This document shows positions 26,557-39,500 of a stretch of DNA of 64,000 bases, piece by piece; position 1 is the stretch's first letter, and the number at the start of each line of letters is the position of its first letter. Position numbers and translations under genes: made by a program. The notes beneath the pieces were generated by a model. That model made no database searches. It saw only the letters and a program-made list of their open reading frames with translations, and was not told the DNA's origin. Source of the DNA: Eledone cirrhosa (lineage: Eukaryota); the NCBI GenBank assembly GCA_964016885.1, contig OZ024763.1:1550001-1614000 (forward strand), given 5' to 3'.

Positions 26557-27412
26557 ATGAAGGCTGGCTAAAAAGTTTATAGGTTGACTGACCAAGATAC
26601 TCTCATGGAATGACTAAATGAGGTTTATTTTTCTGACCAAGATACTCTCATGGAATGACTAAATGAGGTTTATTTTTCTGACCAAGATACTCTCATGGAA
26701 TGACTAAATGAGGTTTATTTTTCTGACCAAGATACTCTCATGGAATGACTAAATGAGGTTTATTTTTCTGACCAAGATACTCTCATGGAATGACCAAATG
26801 AGGCTTATTTTTCTGACCAAGATACTCTCATGGAATGACCAAATGAGGCTTATTTTTCTGACCAAGATACTCTCATGGAATGACCAAATGAGGTTTATTT
26901 TTCTGACCAAGATACTCTCATGGAATGACCAAATGAGGCTTATTTTTCTGACCAAGATACTCTCATGGAATGACCAAATGAGGTTTATTTTTCTGACCAA
27001 GATACTCTCATGGAATGACCAAATGAGGTTTATTTTTCTGACCAAGATACTCTCATAGAATGACCAAATGAGGCTTATTTTTCTGACCAAGATACTCTCA
27101 TGGAATGACCAAATGAGGTTTATTTTTCTGACCAAGATACTCTCATGGAATGACCAAATGAGGCTTATTTTTCTGACCAAGATACTCTCATGGAATGACC
27201 AAATGAGGTTTATTTTTCTGACCAAGATACTCTCATGGAATGACCAAATGAGGTTTATTTTTCTGACCAAGATACTCTCATGGAATGACCAAATGAGGTT
27301 TATTTTTCTGACCAAGATACTCTCATGAAATGACCAAATGAGGCTTATTTTTCTGACCAAGATACTCTCATAGAATGACCAAATGAGGTTTTAATTTTCA
27401 ACATAGTCCCCT
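26557..27412 (+). repeat. 45-bp tandem array (about 18 copies, 26588-27390) inside a mariner-like end
   Basis: Preceded by TA-tgaaggctggctaaaaagttt (mariner-like TIR, by recall); unit ctgaccaagatactctcatggaatgaccaaatgaggtttattttt; resumes with ttttcaacatagtcccc. Confidence 0.85.
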
Positions 27413-27424
27413 GGAAAGAAACAA

Positions 27425-27690
27425 TCATCATCACCCAGTTTTTGATTATGCAGGAGACAATTAAACCCTAAGTAGGGTGGGTCCTACCTGACAGCATTCC
27501 TTAGCATCCCGCTCTGTATTTCTGTCTTCCGGTTTTACTTGGGCCAGGCCAAGCCTAGCTTGATCCCAACTGACATCCTCCATCCAAGTCTTTTTTGGTC
27601 TTCCTGGGCCTCTACTGCCTTCTGGATCGACATTCATCACTTTACTGATCCAGCCCTCACAGTGTTTGACATGGCCGTACCAGTGCATTC
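27425..27690 (-). mobile_element. RTE LINE C-terminal fragment (second subfamily)
   Basis: HWYGHVKH...VDPEGSRGPGRPKKTW, followed by a gatgatgat tail. Confidence 0.75.
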
Positions 27691-27730
27691 ATCTTGTGTG
27701 AATCACATCCTTGAGGTTATTATTAAATGC

Positions 27731-28125
27731 AGGGGTGGTGGATTGGCAGTATCGGTAGGGGTCGGACGCCATGCTTTCCAGCATAGTTACGTCCCTTTAC
27801 GATCTCAGTTCAAATCCCGCCGAGGTTGACTTTGCCTTTCATCCTTACGGGGTTGATAAAATAAAGTACCAGTAATGCACTGGGTAATTGCTGGCCTTGT
27901 GCCTAAAGTAGAAACAATTATTAAATGCAGGGGCAGTGGATTGGCAGTATTTGTAGAGGGTTGGATGCCATGCTTTGCAGCAAAGAATTAAAGCCCTTTA
28001 TGGTCTGGGGTTCATATCCCGACGAGGTTAACTTTGCTTTTCATCCTTACGGGGTCGATAAAATAAAGTACCAGTAATGCACTGGATAATTGCTGGCCCT
28101 GTGCCAAAAGTAGAAACAATTATTA
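27731..28125 (+). mobile_element. Head-to-tail dimer of SINE family 1
   Basis: Two copies, bounded and separated by attattaaatgcag (three occurrences). Confidence 0.88.
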
Positions 28126-28188
28126 AATGCAGTTATTAATAAGAAGAGTTGAAATGAATAATTCCTTCATAGTCAGCCAGAGGTGGTG

Positions 28189-28626
28189 GTAGGTTTTGTT
28201 TGATAGAACCTGAGGCTGTGTTGGGTAGGTTTGTAGGTTTTGTTTGATAGAACCTGAGGCTGTGTTGGATAGGTTTGTAGGTTTTGTTTGATAGAACCTG
28301 AGGCTGTGTTGGGCAGGTTTGTAGGTTTTGTTTGATAGAACCTGAGGCTGTGTTGGGTAGGTTTGTAGGTTTTGTTTGATAGAACCTGAGGCTGTGTTGG
28401 ATAGGTTTGTAGGTTTTGTTTGATAGAACCTGAGGCTGTGTTGGGTAGGTTTGTAGGTTTTGTTTGATAGAACCTGAGGCTGTGTTGGGCAGGTTTGTAG
28501 GTTTTGTTTGATAGAACCTGAGGCTGTGTTGGGTAGGTTTGTAGGTTTTGTTTGATAGAACCTGAGGCTGTGTTGGGTAGGTTTGTAGGTTTTGTTTGAT
28601 AGAACCTGAGGCTGTGTTGAGTAGAT
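28189..28626. repeat. 44-bp minisatellite, about 10 copies
   Basis: Unit gtaggttttgtttgatagaacctgaggctgtgttgggtaggttt. Confidence 0.93.
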
Positions 28627-28849
28627 TTGGTATTAAAACATGATTTAATTAAAACATCAATATCTCGTTGGGCGTGTTAGGTTTGAAACTTCTGGGTGTC
28701 TTTGATATCACATAAATCAGACTGTAACTAATCTAATTTGTAAAGGGAAGATAACGGCAGCTAATCTCCACAAATGATATATTATTCCTTTTATTAAAGG
28801 GAGTTTATTTACCTTGAATATAAAACAATAACTGACACATGTGTGTATG

Positions 28850-29255
28850 TGTGTCTGTATATAGATATATATGTATATATATAGATATATAGATATATGT
28901 AGATATATATAGATAGATGTAGATATATATAGCTAGATGTAGATATATATATATAATATATATAGATAGATGTATATATATATAGATAGATGTATATATA
29001 TATATATAGATAGATGTAGATATATATATATAGATAGATGTAGATATATATATATATAATATATATATATAGATAGATGTATATATATATATATATGTAG
29101 ATAGATATATAGATGTAGATATATACATATATATAGATGTAGATATATATATATATATATATAGATGTAGATATATATATAGATGTAGATATATATATAT
29201 ATATATATAGAGATATATATATATATATATATGTAGATATATATATATAAATATG
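28850..29255. repeat. TAGA/TA microsatellite complex
   Basis: Seen directly. Confidence 0.88.
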
Positions 29256-29369
29256 TCTATTTATCTATTTATCTTTGAAAAGCATGGAAAAAATATAGTG
29301 TCTCTGATTTTTTTTCCCCCATCTATTCTAGTCTTATATTTTTTATGTTTTATGAAATAATCGTATTGA

Positions 29370-29410
<41 letters not shown>

Positions 29411-29896
29411 CCAAAATACGAACAGATTAATAAATATCTTCAGTATGATAGACAGACAGACAGACAAAGAAATTTAAGAAAGTGTTTGCTGGCTATGATC
29501 CACTCAAGGGGAAAAAGGTTGTCTTTAGAATTAAAACCTCTATTGTTATGTTGTTAAATCAACATTATTAATCTTATCCAAGAACTGATATTGTTGGTCA
29601 CCTTTTAAATGGATTAATCTTATTTGGTAATCTCACGAAAACAATGCTTTAGTTGTTGTTTTGTTGTTGTTTTAGTAGTTGTTTTAGTTGTTGTTTGTTT
29701 TATTTTATTCATTTGTCCATTCTCTTTCATTCTTTCTCTTTCTTTCTCTTCTTAACCAGCATTAACCCTTTCATTAATATATTTCTAATGAAAGACTCTG
29801 TCTGGTTTTCAGATCATTTTTGAAAATAATGAAGATTTTGAAGGGATTTAGTTAATACAACTATTTTTCTTGTTATTAAGCTGATGTAAAGTAATG

Positions 29897-30112
29897 GAAG
29901 GTGCGTGACTGAGTGGTGAGAGAATTGGATTCACAATCATGAGGTTGTGATTTCGATTCCCGGACTGGGCGATGCATTGTGTCCTTGAGCAAGTCACTTT
30001 ATTTCATGTTGCCCCTTCTACCTGGAGTTGCGACTTGATAGAGAGTATTAGCAACTGGAAAGACCAACGGAAACATTGTTTCCTTGGTCCAATTTGATGA
30101 AAGTCGATCGAC
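29897..30112 (+). mobile_element. SINE family 2 (tRNA head, CORE-like gtgtccttgagcaagtcacttt)
   Basis: B-box-like tttcgattcc; homologous to 33601, 37538 and 37770. Confidence 0.8.
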
Positions 30113-30315
30113 TGTCGTCCAGAATAACGGATTGCCAGTATTGGTAGAACGTCAGACATGCTTTGTCGTATATAGTTACATCCTTTTACATTCTGAGTTC
30201 AGTCGGGGTTAGCTTTGCCTTCCATCCTTACAGCTGTCTCAAGACCTTCTGCTGTCCAGCTCCCCTAAGAATTTCTTATCACTTTGATGGAAGGTTTTTA
30301 AACAAATATATATAT

Positions 30316-31175
30316 GTTGTTGTCCCAGCTCCCACCTATGTAGGGGTAGCTGGTCTCCTATGAGGTTATAGGGGCTTGCTCAGATATTTTAACAATATGA
30401 GCCCCTGTCCTATCATCTTGTTGTCCCAACTCCCACCTATGTAGGGGTAGCTGGTCTCCTATGAGTTTATAGGGGCTTGCTCGGATATTTTAACAATATG
30501 AGCCCCTGTCCTATCATCTTGTTGTCCCAACTCCCACCTATCTAGGTGTAGCTGGTCTCCTATGAGGTTATAGGGGGTTGCTCGGATATTTTAACAATAT
30601 GAGCCCCTGTCCTATCATCTTGTTGTCCCAACTCCCACCTATCTAGGTGTAGCTGGTCTCCTATGAGGTTAACAATATGAGCCCCTGTCCTATCATCTTG
30701 TTGTTCCAGCTCCCATCTATGTAGGTGTAGCTGGTCTCCTATGAGGTTAACAATATGAGCCCCTGTCCTATCATCTTGTTGTCCCAACTCCCACCTATGT
30801 AGGTGTAGCTGGTCTCCTATGAGGTTAACAATATGAGCCCCTGTCCTATCATCTTGTTGTCCCAACTCCCACCTATCTAGGTGTAGCTGGTCTCCTATGA
30901 GGTTAACAATATGAGCCCCTGTCCTATCATCTTGTTGTCCCAACTCCCACCTATCTAGGTGTAGCTGGTCTCCTATGAGGTTAACAATATGAGCCCCTGT
31001 CCTATCATCTTGTTGTCCCAACTCCCACCTATCTAGGTGTAGCTGGTCTCCTATGAGGTTGTATCTCACAGGAGGCTTCTCGGCTGTTTTAACAATATGA
31101 GCCCCTGTCCTATCATATTGTTACTGCTACAGGCCACACCTATATAAGGTTAGCTGGCTTTCTATGAGATTGCAT
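30316..31175. repeat. 78-bp tandem array (first units about 101 bp)
   Basis: ttaacaatatgagcccctgtcctatcat recurs about 9 times; later units lack a 23-bp segment. Confidence 0.92.
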
Positions 31176-31845
31176 CACATTGGAGGTTTCTTCAGTATTT
31201 TAATGATAGGGGTCTCAGTCTTACTATGAAAAGCTACATGAAATAAAGCATCTTGTTCAAGAACAAAAACTGGTCCAGGAATTGAACCCACAACCTTATG
31301 TTCATGAATGCAATACTCTAACCACAAGGCTATCAACCTTATATACATATCAACTCCACTCAAAACTATTAACTGTACTGGGTTTTTTGATCTCATTTAA
31401 ACATCATCATCATTTAATGTCCACTTTTCCTTCCAGCAAGGGTTAGATGGGTCTACATAGACCAAATCAGTACTGAAGCAGGGCTACTGATCTTCCAGAC
31501 AAGCCAGAGATCTGTTGTCTCACTTATCTACGGTCTCACATTCTACTGAATGTACTGGAGAGGTTGCTATGTTTTAACACAACTGAGGGTTCTTCCAGCT
31601 CTTTGTTTGGAAAACTTTCTATGGCTGGCTGCCCTTCCTATCACCAACCACTTTACAACATGTACTGGTTGCGTTTATCGTGTAGATCACCAACACTAGG
31701 GAGATTGTCATGTCTTTGACACAACTGAAGGATCCTGCTAACCCTTTGTTTGGCAAGTTTTCTACAGCTTGCATCTGGCCTCTTGAAATTGTGTAAAGGT
31801 TGGACATGACTGTGGAATACTCAGCCACTTTCATGTTAGTTTAAT

Positions 31846-32105
31846 AAGTAGGCCTGTTAATGTCTGGAATATAGAAAATAGATTGTATGAACCATCAAAG
31901 TCGTATTTCCTAACCTCCTTTTACTTCTAAAAAAAAGATCGATTTATCTAATCTGTGCACAAATAATATCCATAAGTGCTGTACAATTTCTGCCTTATAT
32001 ATACCGCCATAACTCTGGAGATATTACAGGAATAATGTAAAGCTATACAGAGAGAAAAGTGGTTTTCACTTGATATAATCACTTTAGATAGCAATTTAAT
32101 AATGT
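31846..32105 (-). pseudogene. Decayed Penelope-like RT fragment
   Basis: IIKLLSKVIISSENHFS ... YLQSYG ... NCTALMD across frames; nucleotide similarity to 34905-35180. Confidence 0.4.
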
Positions 32106-32543
32106 TAACTCTTTCTATACCAAACTAGTCAAAACCAGTTAAAACAAGCTCTAATTCTATCAAAGAAAATCTGCCATTTTAATGTCTTCCAACATAACTT
32201 TATCATCATCACTGCTTTCTCTGCTAGAAAGGGTTAGACGGTTCTATATAGACGAAGTGAGTATTGAAGCAGAGCCACTGATCTCCCAGGAAGGTCAGGG
32301 ATCTGCCTCTTGCTTTATATATGGTCGATGCTCCACCGAGTGCACAGGAGAGGTTGTCGAGTTTTTTTACACAACTGAGTATCCTCCCTTTATATAAGAA
32401 CAAAATGTTAAGTTACTATCTTCGTAATGAAATGATTAATAATTTTAATAAATCACTAAAATATTTTCATTAATTAATGGAAATAAAGTGTATGTCATTA
32501 GAAATATGGTCCCAACAGGGTTAAATTAAAATCTTCTAACATA

Positions 32544-32905
32544 CTGTATTTCCCGGTGCTGGAGACTCTTCGTCCTTGAAGACGCACCCGAATTTTGACA
32601 AACAAAAATTTGAAAAAAAAATAATTGTTTCTACTTTAGGCACAAGGCCAGCAATTACCCAGTGTATTACTGGTACTTTATTTTCTCGACCCCCGTAAGG
32701 ATGAAAGGCAAAGTCAACCTCGGCGGGATTTGAACTCAGATCGTAAAGGGACGTAAATCTATGCTGGAAAGCATGGCGTCCAACCCTCTACCAATACTGC
32801 CAATCCACCAAATAATAAACAGCCTTCGGTCTCCAAGACACATGGTAGATGTTTTAGACTTATTTTAGGAAAAAAAAGTAGCGTCTTCAACACTGAGAAA
32901 TACAG
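32544..32905. mobile_element. Tc1/mariner-type MITE with a nested minus-strand SINE family 1 copy (32620-32810)
   Basis: TA + ctgtatttccc ... gagaaatacag + TA; reverse homolog of 25727-25894. Confidence 0.82.
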
Positions 32906-32947
32906 TACATACATATATAAGAACCCAATGATAAGTTGCTATCATAT

Positions 32948-33135
32948 TGATTCTACTTTTGGCACAAGGCCAGCAATTACCCCAGTGCATTACTGGTACT
33001 TTATTTTATCGACCGCCGTAAGGATGAAAGGCAAAGCTAACCTCGGCTGTATTTGAACTCTGAGCGTAAAGAGCCATAACTCTATGCTGCAAAGCATGGT
33101 GTCTGACGCTCTACCGATACAGACAGTCCACCGCC
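32948..33135 (-). mobile_element. SINE family 1
   Basis: Full-length reverse-complement copy. Confidence 0.85.
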
Positions 33136-33247
33136 ATGGTTACCATCTTAGAAATGGAATAATTAATGATTTTATTAAATCCCTTAAAAAGGTTAATTAA
33201 TTAATGGAAATGAAGTGTATTTCATTAGAAATATAGTCATGAAAGTC

Positions 33248-33560
33248 ATCATCATCACCGTTTTACGTCCATTATTCCACGCTAGCATGGGTTAGACGGG
33301 TTGTCCTGTTGTGGGCAGTGTCTGGTCGGCTGGCGTTGTCTTGCTCATACAGGAACTGATTTGGCTTGATTTCTACAGCTGGATGTCCTTCCTAACACCA
33401 ACCTCATTTACAGTGAGTGCTGGGTGCTCTTATACCGTGGCACCTACATGACCACTTTACAGTGTGGGCTGGGTGCTTTTCTGCCGTGGCACCTCCAGGA
33501 CCACTTTACAGTGAGAGTGGGGTGGGGCATATTGTCTATATGCTTCAGCTTGGCGTCTTG
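33248..33560 (-). mobile_element. RTE LINE 3' UTR
   Basis: Colinear with 51555-51860. Confidence 0.85.
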
Positions 33561-33600
33561 TTCCTGTGGGAAATCGGCTAAAATCTTCCAAGGTAATTTT

Positions 33601-33805
33601 GTGAAAGCAAGTGGCCGAGTGGTTAGAGAATTGGCTTCATAATTGCGAGGTTGTGAGTTTAATTCCCAGACCAGGTGATGTGTTGTGTCCTTGAGCAAGG
33701 CACTTTATTTCATGTTGCTCCTTCTACCAGGAGTTGTGACCAGTAGATAGTATCAACAATGGAATGTCTAATAGAAACATTGTTTCCTTGGTCCAATTTT
33801 ACAAG
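33601..33805 (+). mobile_element. SINE family 2
   Basis: gtggccgagtggttagagaatt head, CORE-like block and shared tail. Confidence 0.8.
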
Positions 33806-34189
33806 TTCCACCCCACTTGGTAAATGAATAAGGCCTGGGATCTTGTTGGTTGTTTTTAAAAAAGATAATTTTATAAAAGACCCATATGTTGAGCAAGGCA
33901 CTTTATTTCATGTTACTCCTTCTACCAGTATTACATTACTAGTAATGTAATATTTAAAATTTTAATAAAACATTCAACATTCTTAATTAATCAATTAATT
34001 AAATTAGTATTTTCATAGAAACATGGTCATAAAAGAGTTAAAGATAATTTTATATAAGAACGATATGTTAATATTTTACTAATGTAATATTTAATAATTT
34101 AAGTAAAACCTTCAAAATTAATTAATTAATTAATTAAATTAAATGAGTGTATTTCAATAGAAATATATAATCATGAAAGAATATGATCG

Positions 34190-34655
34190 TGAATACAAGC
34201 TGCCAAAATGGGATTCCTCCAAAGGGTCTTTGGAGTAATGTTACTCAATAGAGTGTGTAGCTCGGAGATGAGAGAGTCACTCCAGGTAGAGCTGCTACTT
34301 CTCTGAATTGAGAGATCACAGCTCTGATACTATGGGCATGTGCTTAGAATGTCTCAGGTAAGAATCACTGGTGTTGCTCCAGGTAGACCTATTACTTCTC
34401 CGAATTGAGAGATCCCAGTTCCGATACTATAGGCACATGGTTAGACTGTCTCAGGAAAGAATCGCTGGACAGATTTTACAGGCAGGAGACCCAGGGGTAA
34501 ACCACGAGCAAGATGGTTGGATAACATCCATGAGCTTGGCTGGTCTCGCTTGGGAGATCCAGCCATATCAGTTGGAGGTGGTGGCTTCTGACAGGACCTG
34601 CTGAAAGGTGTGTTTGAGGACTCTGCCCCTACGACCCTCTCAGGAATAAGTAAGC
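34190..34655 (+). mobile_element. Decayed RTE LINE C-terminal fragment with an internal duplication of about 100 bp
   Basis: LLLRIERSQFRYYRHMVRLSQERIAGQIL resembles the RTE LLLRIERSQLRWFGHV motif; 34280-34370 is repeated at 34378-34468. Confidence 0.7.
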
Positions 34656-34674
34656 AAAGAAAAAGAAGGGTTAA

Positions 34675-34900
34675 CCCTTTAGCATTTAAACCAGCTGCAT
34701 CTGGCCAGAATTCTCTCACCTTTTTCTGTTCAAACCACTCGTAACTTGCCACTCATACTGATGTTAAGGTATTTTTCTCAAAATAAATATCAAAATCTCA
34801 TATATTTGATATTATGTGAGATGATTATGACAGGTAAAACCTTAACCACGAAAACACAATGGTATATATATATATATAGAGAAAAGTAAATGCTAAAGGG
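34675..34900. mobile_element. Complete piggyBac-like MITE
   Basis: TTAA-ccctttagcattta ... taaatgctaaaggg-TTAA. Confidence 0.88.
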
Positions 34901-34904
34901 TTAA

Positions 34905-35256
34905 ATAGTAGGCCCTTATCTCTGGTCCATAGACTGGAACACACAATGTTGAAACTCCCACAGTTCCATTTAAAAACTTTTCAAACGATAGATTTATCTA
35001 AGTAATATATATCTAAGTAAGCTTCATACACCTAGTATAATTTGTAGGTATCTTACAACTTACATTACATATATAGCGCTGTAGCAGTGTGAATGTTGTA
35101 GATTATACAGGGGGTAGATTCGGGGGGCAATGGAAAAGTGGTTTAACTTGTTAAGATCACTTTAAGAAACATTATAATAGTTTTAAATGAGATCTCGTAC
35201 GAGGGAACAATGTCATAGATTGTCTTTACTACACCTTAAATGTGTGTCTTGATAAT
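34905..35256 (-). pseudogene. Decayed Penelope-like RT fragment
   Basis: [30 protein letters not shown], then an NHFS-like block; paralogous to 31846-32105. Confidence 0.4.
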
Positions 35257-35273
35257 ATATATATATAATATAC

Positions 35274-35322
<49 letters not shown>

Positions 35323-35874
35323 TATATACACGTATATATATATACATACACATACATGTGTATATTATATATTTGCAAGTAGGGAAAAGCGGACGTAAAA
35401 TGAAATGAAAATGAATGTATATATATATAATGTACACATGTATGTGTATATATAAATATATATGTATATATATATATAATATACACATGTATGTGTATAT
35501 ATATATATATATATATGTATGTTATGTATATATATAATGTACACATGTATGTATGTATGTATATATATATATGTATATATATATATGTATATATATAATG
35601 TACACATGTATGTGTATATATATATATGTATATATATAATGTACACATGTATGTGTATATATATGTATGTATATATATAATGTACACATGTATGTATGTA
35701 TGTATATATATATATATATGTGTGTATGTATATATATAATGTACACATGTATGTATATATATATGTATATATATAATGTACACATGTATGTGTATATATA
35801 TGTATATATATAATGTACACATGTATGTATGTATATATATATATGTATATATATAATGCACACATGTATGTATG

Positions 35875-35906
<32 letters not shown>

Positions 35907-35984
35907 ATGTACACATGTATGTATATATATATATGTATGTATATATATATATATGTATGTATATATATAATGTACACATGTATG

Positions 35985-36016
<32 letters not shown>

Positions 36017-36037
36017 ATGTACGCATGTATGTATGTG

Positions 36038-36069
<32 letters not shown>

Positions 36070-36082
36070 ATGTACACGTGTG

Positions 36083-36115
<33 letters not shown>

Positions 36116-36228
36116 GTGTGTATATTATATATATGTATATATATAATATACACAGGTGTATGTATGTGTATATATATATATATACACATACATATGCATG
36201 TATTATATGTGAGTGTGTTATGTATATA

Positions 36229-36278
<50 letters not shown>

Positions 36279-36287
36279 CATATACAC
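35257..36287. repeat. TA/TG microsatellite with taatgtacacatg units
   Basis: Seen directly; a short RTE-type tail lies at 35372-35415. Confidence 0.88.
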
Positions 36288-36499
36288 AATAACATCTAAG
36301 AAAACTATTCTCAATCTTGACACAGTGTCTAATGGTGTAAATAACCACAAAATTATTCAAGGTTTCGTCTCTTTCTACTTTACTTTAGATGTTTGAATGA
36401 AGCGGCAGGGCGGTAGGGGACATTGTAGCAGGTAATTTACATAATTTCATGGTCATTATTACACTTTCTACAGATGATTGCCTTTCTCTTGTTCTTGTC

Positions 36500-37145
36500 T
36501 TGCTGTTGTTGTTACTGTGGTTGTTGTTACTGTTGTTGTTTCTGTTGTTGTTACTGTTGTTGTTGTTACTGTTGTTGTTACTGTTGTTGTTACTGTTGTT
36601 GTTACTGTTGTTGTTGTTGTTGTTACTGTTGTTGTTACTGTTGTTGTTACTGTTGTTGTTACTGTTGTTGTTACTGTTGTTGTTACTGTTGTTGTTTCTG
36701 TTGTTGTTACTGTTGTTGTTGTTACTGTTGTTGTTACTGTTGTTGTTACTGTTGTTGTTACTGTTGTTGTTACTGTTGTTGTTGTTACTGTTGTTGTTGT
36801 TACTGTTGTTGTTGTTACTGTTGTTGTTGTTACTGTTGTTGTTACTGTTGTTGTTTCTGTTGTTGTTACTGTTGTTGTTACTGTTGTTGTTGTTACTGTT
36901 GTTGTTACTGTTCCATTTTGTCTTTTTCTCCTTTTTCTTCTTTCTTTTTCGTTTTCTTTCCCTTTTCTCTTCTTCTTTCCCTTTTCTCTTCTTCTTTACC
37001 TTCTTCTTCTTCTTTGCCTTCTTCTTCTTCTCCTTCTTCACCTTCTTCTTCTCCTCCTTCGTTGCCTTCTTCTTTGCCTTCTCTTTCTTTGTCTTCTTTG
37101 CCTTCTTCTTTTTCTTTGCCTTCTTCTTCTTCTTCTTCTTCTTCT
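36500..37145. repeat. (GTT)3-4ACT repeat followed by (CTT)n
   Basis: Seen directly. Confidence 0.92.
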
Positions 37146-37269
37146 CACCACGATAACAGTTTTTAAAGTTTCCTAAGTTTCACGCAACTTTTCACTTCTC
37201 ACTCCGACACTTATATGGTTCTCTATCTACCCACCCTGCTCTTGTTTACGTATACAGAGTCTACTCTAG

Positions 37270-37385
37270 GTCTCAAAGCCCTCAACTAACCCCTGTGCCC
37301 AGTCCTTCCTCCCCATAACAGCCTTCCTTTGGAATTCACTCCCTATCTGTTTTTTTCTTGTTTCGTTCTGTTTAACTGTAGATGT
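37270..37385 (+). mobile_element. Possible CR1/L2-type LINE ORF2 C-terminal remnant
   Basis: Reads QSFLPITAFLWNSLP, resembling the SFFPRT..LWNSLP motif. Confidence 0.45.
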
Positions 37386-37537
37386 ATGTATGTACCAAAA
37401 TTATATTAAGGATGTCATGTCTGAGAATATCAGAATCATGCGCCATATCACCTGTGGACTAAGCTCAAAGATTCCAAGTAGTAAATCTGAGCATTTGTAT
37501 TAACTCAAAAATAGGATGATATAAATAAATTTGTCAA

Positions 37538-37986
37538 TTGACTTTTGTCAAATCGGACCAAGGAAACAATGTTTCCGTTGGTCTTTCCAATTGCTAGTAC
37601 TATCTATGGGTCGCAACTCCGGGTAGAAGGAGCAACATGAAATAAAGTGTCTTGCTCAAGGACATAACGCATTGCCCGGTTTAGGAATCGAACTGACAAC
37701 CTCACGGTTGCGAATTCAGTTCTCTAACGAATCAGCCACACGCCTTCACTATGATGATTATATATATATATGATCGACTTTCGTCAAATTGGACCAAGGA
37801 GACAATGTTCCCACTGGTCTTTCCAGTTGCTAATACTATCTATCGGTCGCAACTCCAGGAAGAAGGAGCAATGTGAAATAAAGTGTCTTGCTCAAGGACA
37901 TAACGCATTTCCCGGTCCAGGAATCGAACTGACAACCTGATGGTTGTGAATTCAGTTCTCTAACCACCCAGCCACACGCCTTCACT
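37538..37986 (-). mobile_element. Two tandem SINE family 2 copies (37538-37750, 37770-37986)
   Basis: Reverse complements of the 29897-30112 type. Confidence 0.85.
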
Positions 37987-38374
37987 AGGATGATATATAT
38001 ATATATATATAATAATAAAGTATATATCCCTACACGCAAAAAGCGTCCAGGGACACATGTATTGTCCAACCATATGCCAATGTGGTTCAATGGCAGGTTA
38101 ATAAATTAACGAGCCAGAACATATATAATCAAGGTTTAGCAAATAAGAAAAAGTTTCAAAATAAATTTTTAAAATTCACTGTACTCACTATATATATATA
38201 TATATATATATATTTATTAAAATAACAGATTAAAGTTTAAGCAAAGAATCGCTGCTTTCACCCTTAACGGGATTTTCTGAAACTACATATATATATATAT
38301 AAATAAACACATCAAACAATTACAGGGGATAATTTTTAAAGAGTGTAAATACATATAGGTAACATATTAAAATT

Positions 38375-38575
38375 AAACAAGAACTCTGAATATAGATATC
38401 TTGCAATAATGATTAATCTCCTTTGTATATATTCCATTGAAGAAATATATTTCACCATTAATCAGTGAATCATAAATGTCAAATGTTGGATGTATGTATG
38501 AATAGACCTGTAACTCTTTGAGTCTTACAGGGGCGCCATAGTGACATACAGTGTGTTTTGGGAATTTAAAACCTG
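38375..38575 (-). pseudogene. Possible decayed Penelope-like RT thumb-side fragment
   Basis: YIHPTFDIYDSLINGEIYFFNGIYTKEINH resembles the PLE HPTIKF...FLD...NG.I.T.IY.K region; 36291-36360 reads LNNF...IVFLDV across frames. Confidence 0.35.
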
Positions 38576-38661
38576 GTAAACCCCATCCCATCCTATCTCA
38601 TCTCTAGGTCTGGACATGACTGATTTCTTTTCCCAGAAAAAAGAGAGGGTTTGTGTGTGTG

Positions 38662-39164
38662 ATAGAGAAATGATATTATACATAGAGAAAAGAATCTGAT
38701 GACCAGAGAAGCAGTTTCCCTGCAGATTCATCTTGGCATGGAAACATGACCAACAAAAACCAAGCAGCGTGATCGGATCGATCTTTCGATGAAACATGTG
38801 GCAGATCAGCATAAAGAACTTTGTTGGTAGTGTCACTTTGCCACAGATAGGTGGTGGTGGTGGTGTGGAGGAGGAAGTGTTAGCTTCACTGTGAAATGAT
38901 GATGATGATGATAATGATGACGATAATGATGATATAAAAGCCAGGGACAATGAGGGTGATGATGATGACAATGCTATAGAGAAATGATATTATACATAGA
39001 GAAAAGAATCTGATGACCTGAGAAGCAGTTTCCCTGCGGATTCATCTTGGCATGGAAACATGACCAACAAAAACCAAGCAACGTGATCGGATCGATCTTT
39101 CGATGAAACACGTGGCAGATCAGCATAAAGAACTTTGTTTGTAGTGTCACTTTGCCACAGATAG
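38662..39164 (-). mobile_element. Duplicated LINE C-terminal fragment (38662-38850, 38976-39164)
   Basis: LWQSDTTNKVLYADLPRVSSK...QDESAGKLLLW resembles the non-LTR W..H.TN..LYG.LP.IS..I...E.A.K.LLW region. Confidence 0.6.
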
Positions 39165-39500
39165 TTGGAACGAATGCCACAAAGTATTCTATCCAATGTT
39201 CTCATGACTTTGCCAATTCCCCAACAATTTTTCCTGCAATTGTTCAAGAACTTCAGACAAAATACCTTGTGGTATTCATTCCAGCTATCTCTACACAGAG
39301 TTCTAAACCTGCTGAGGTCAACTTTTCCTTTCATCCTTTCGAGATTGATAATAGAAAGTACCAGTCATGTACTGGGGTTGTTTCTTTACTCTATATCTCA
39401 TCTCACTTGCAACTGTTAAAGGGAAAGCAGTAACTACATCAGGGACAATCACTGGGATGAAAGCTCAAAGGTTAGTGTTGAATAACACTGCCGGTAGTGA

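Noticed and set aside
29897-29970. tRNA gene
   Set aside because: The tRNA-like head continues into a SINE body and recurs as diverged copies; no clean cloverleaf.
26187-32043. In-phase three-exon model LYIIPVISPELWR/LALDIISWRLKHVP/SRKEWHQPY on the minus strand
   Set aside because: Two of the pieces are better explained as decayed Penelope RT sequence, the first donor is weak, and no homolog is recognised.
36389-36431. 43-nt segment with good plus-strand acceptor and donor
   Set aside because: Stops in all three frames when read through, and no partner exons; unsupported without RNA data.
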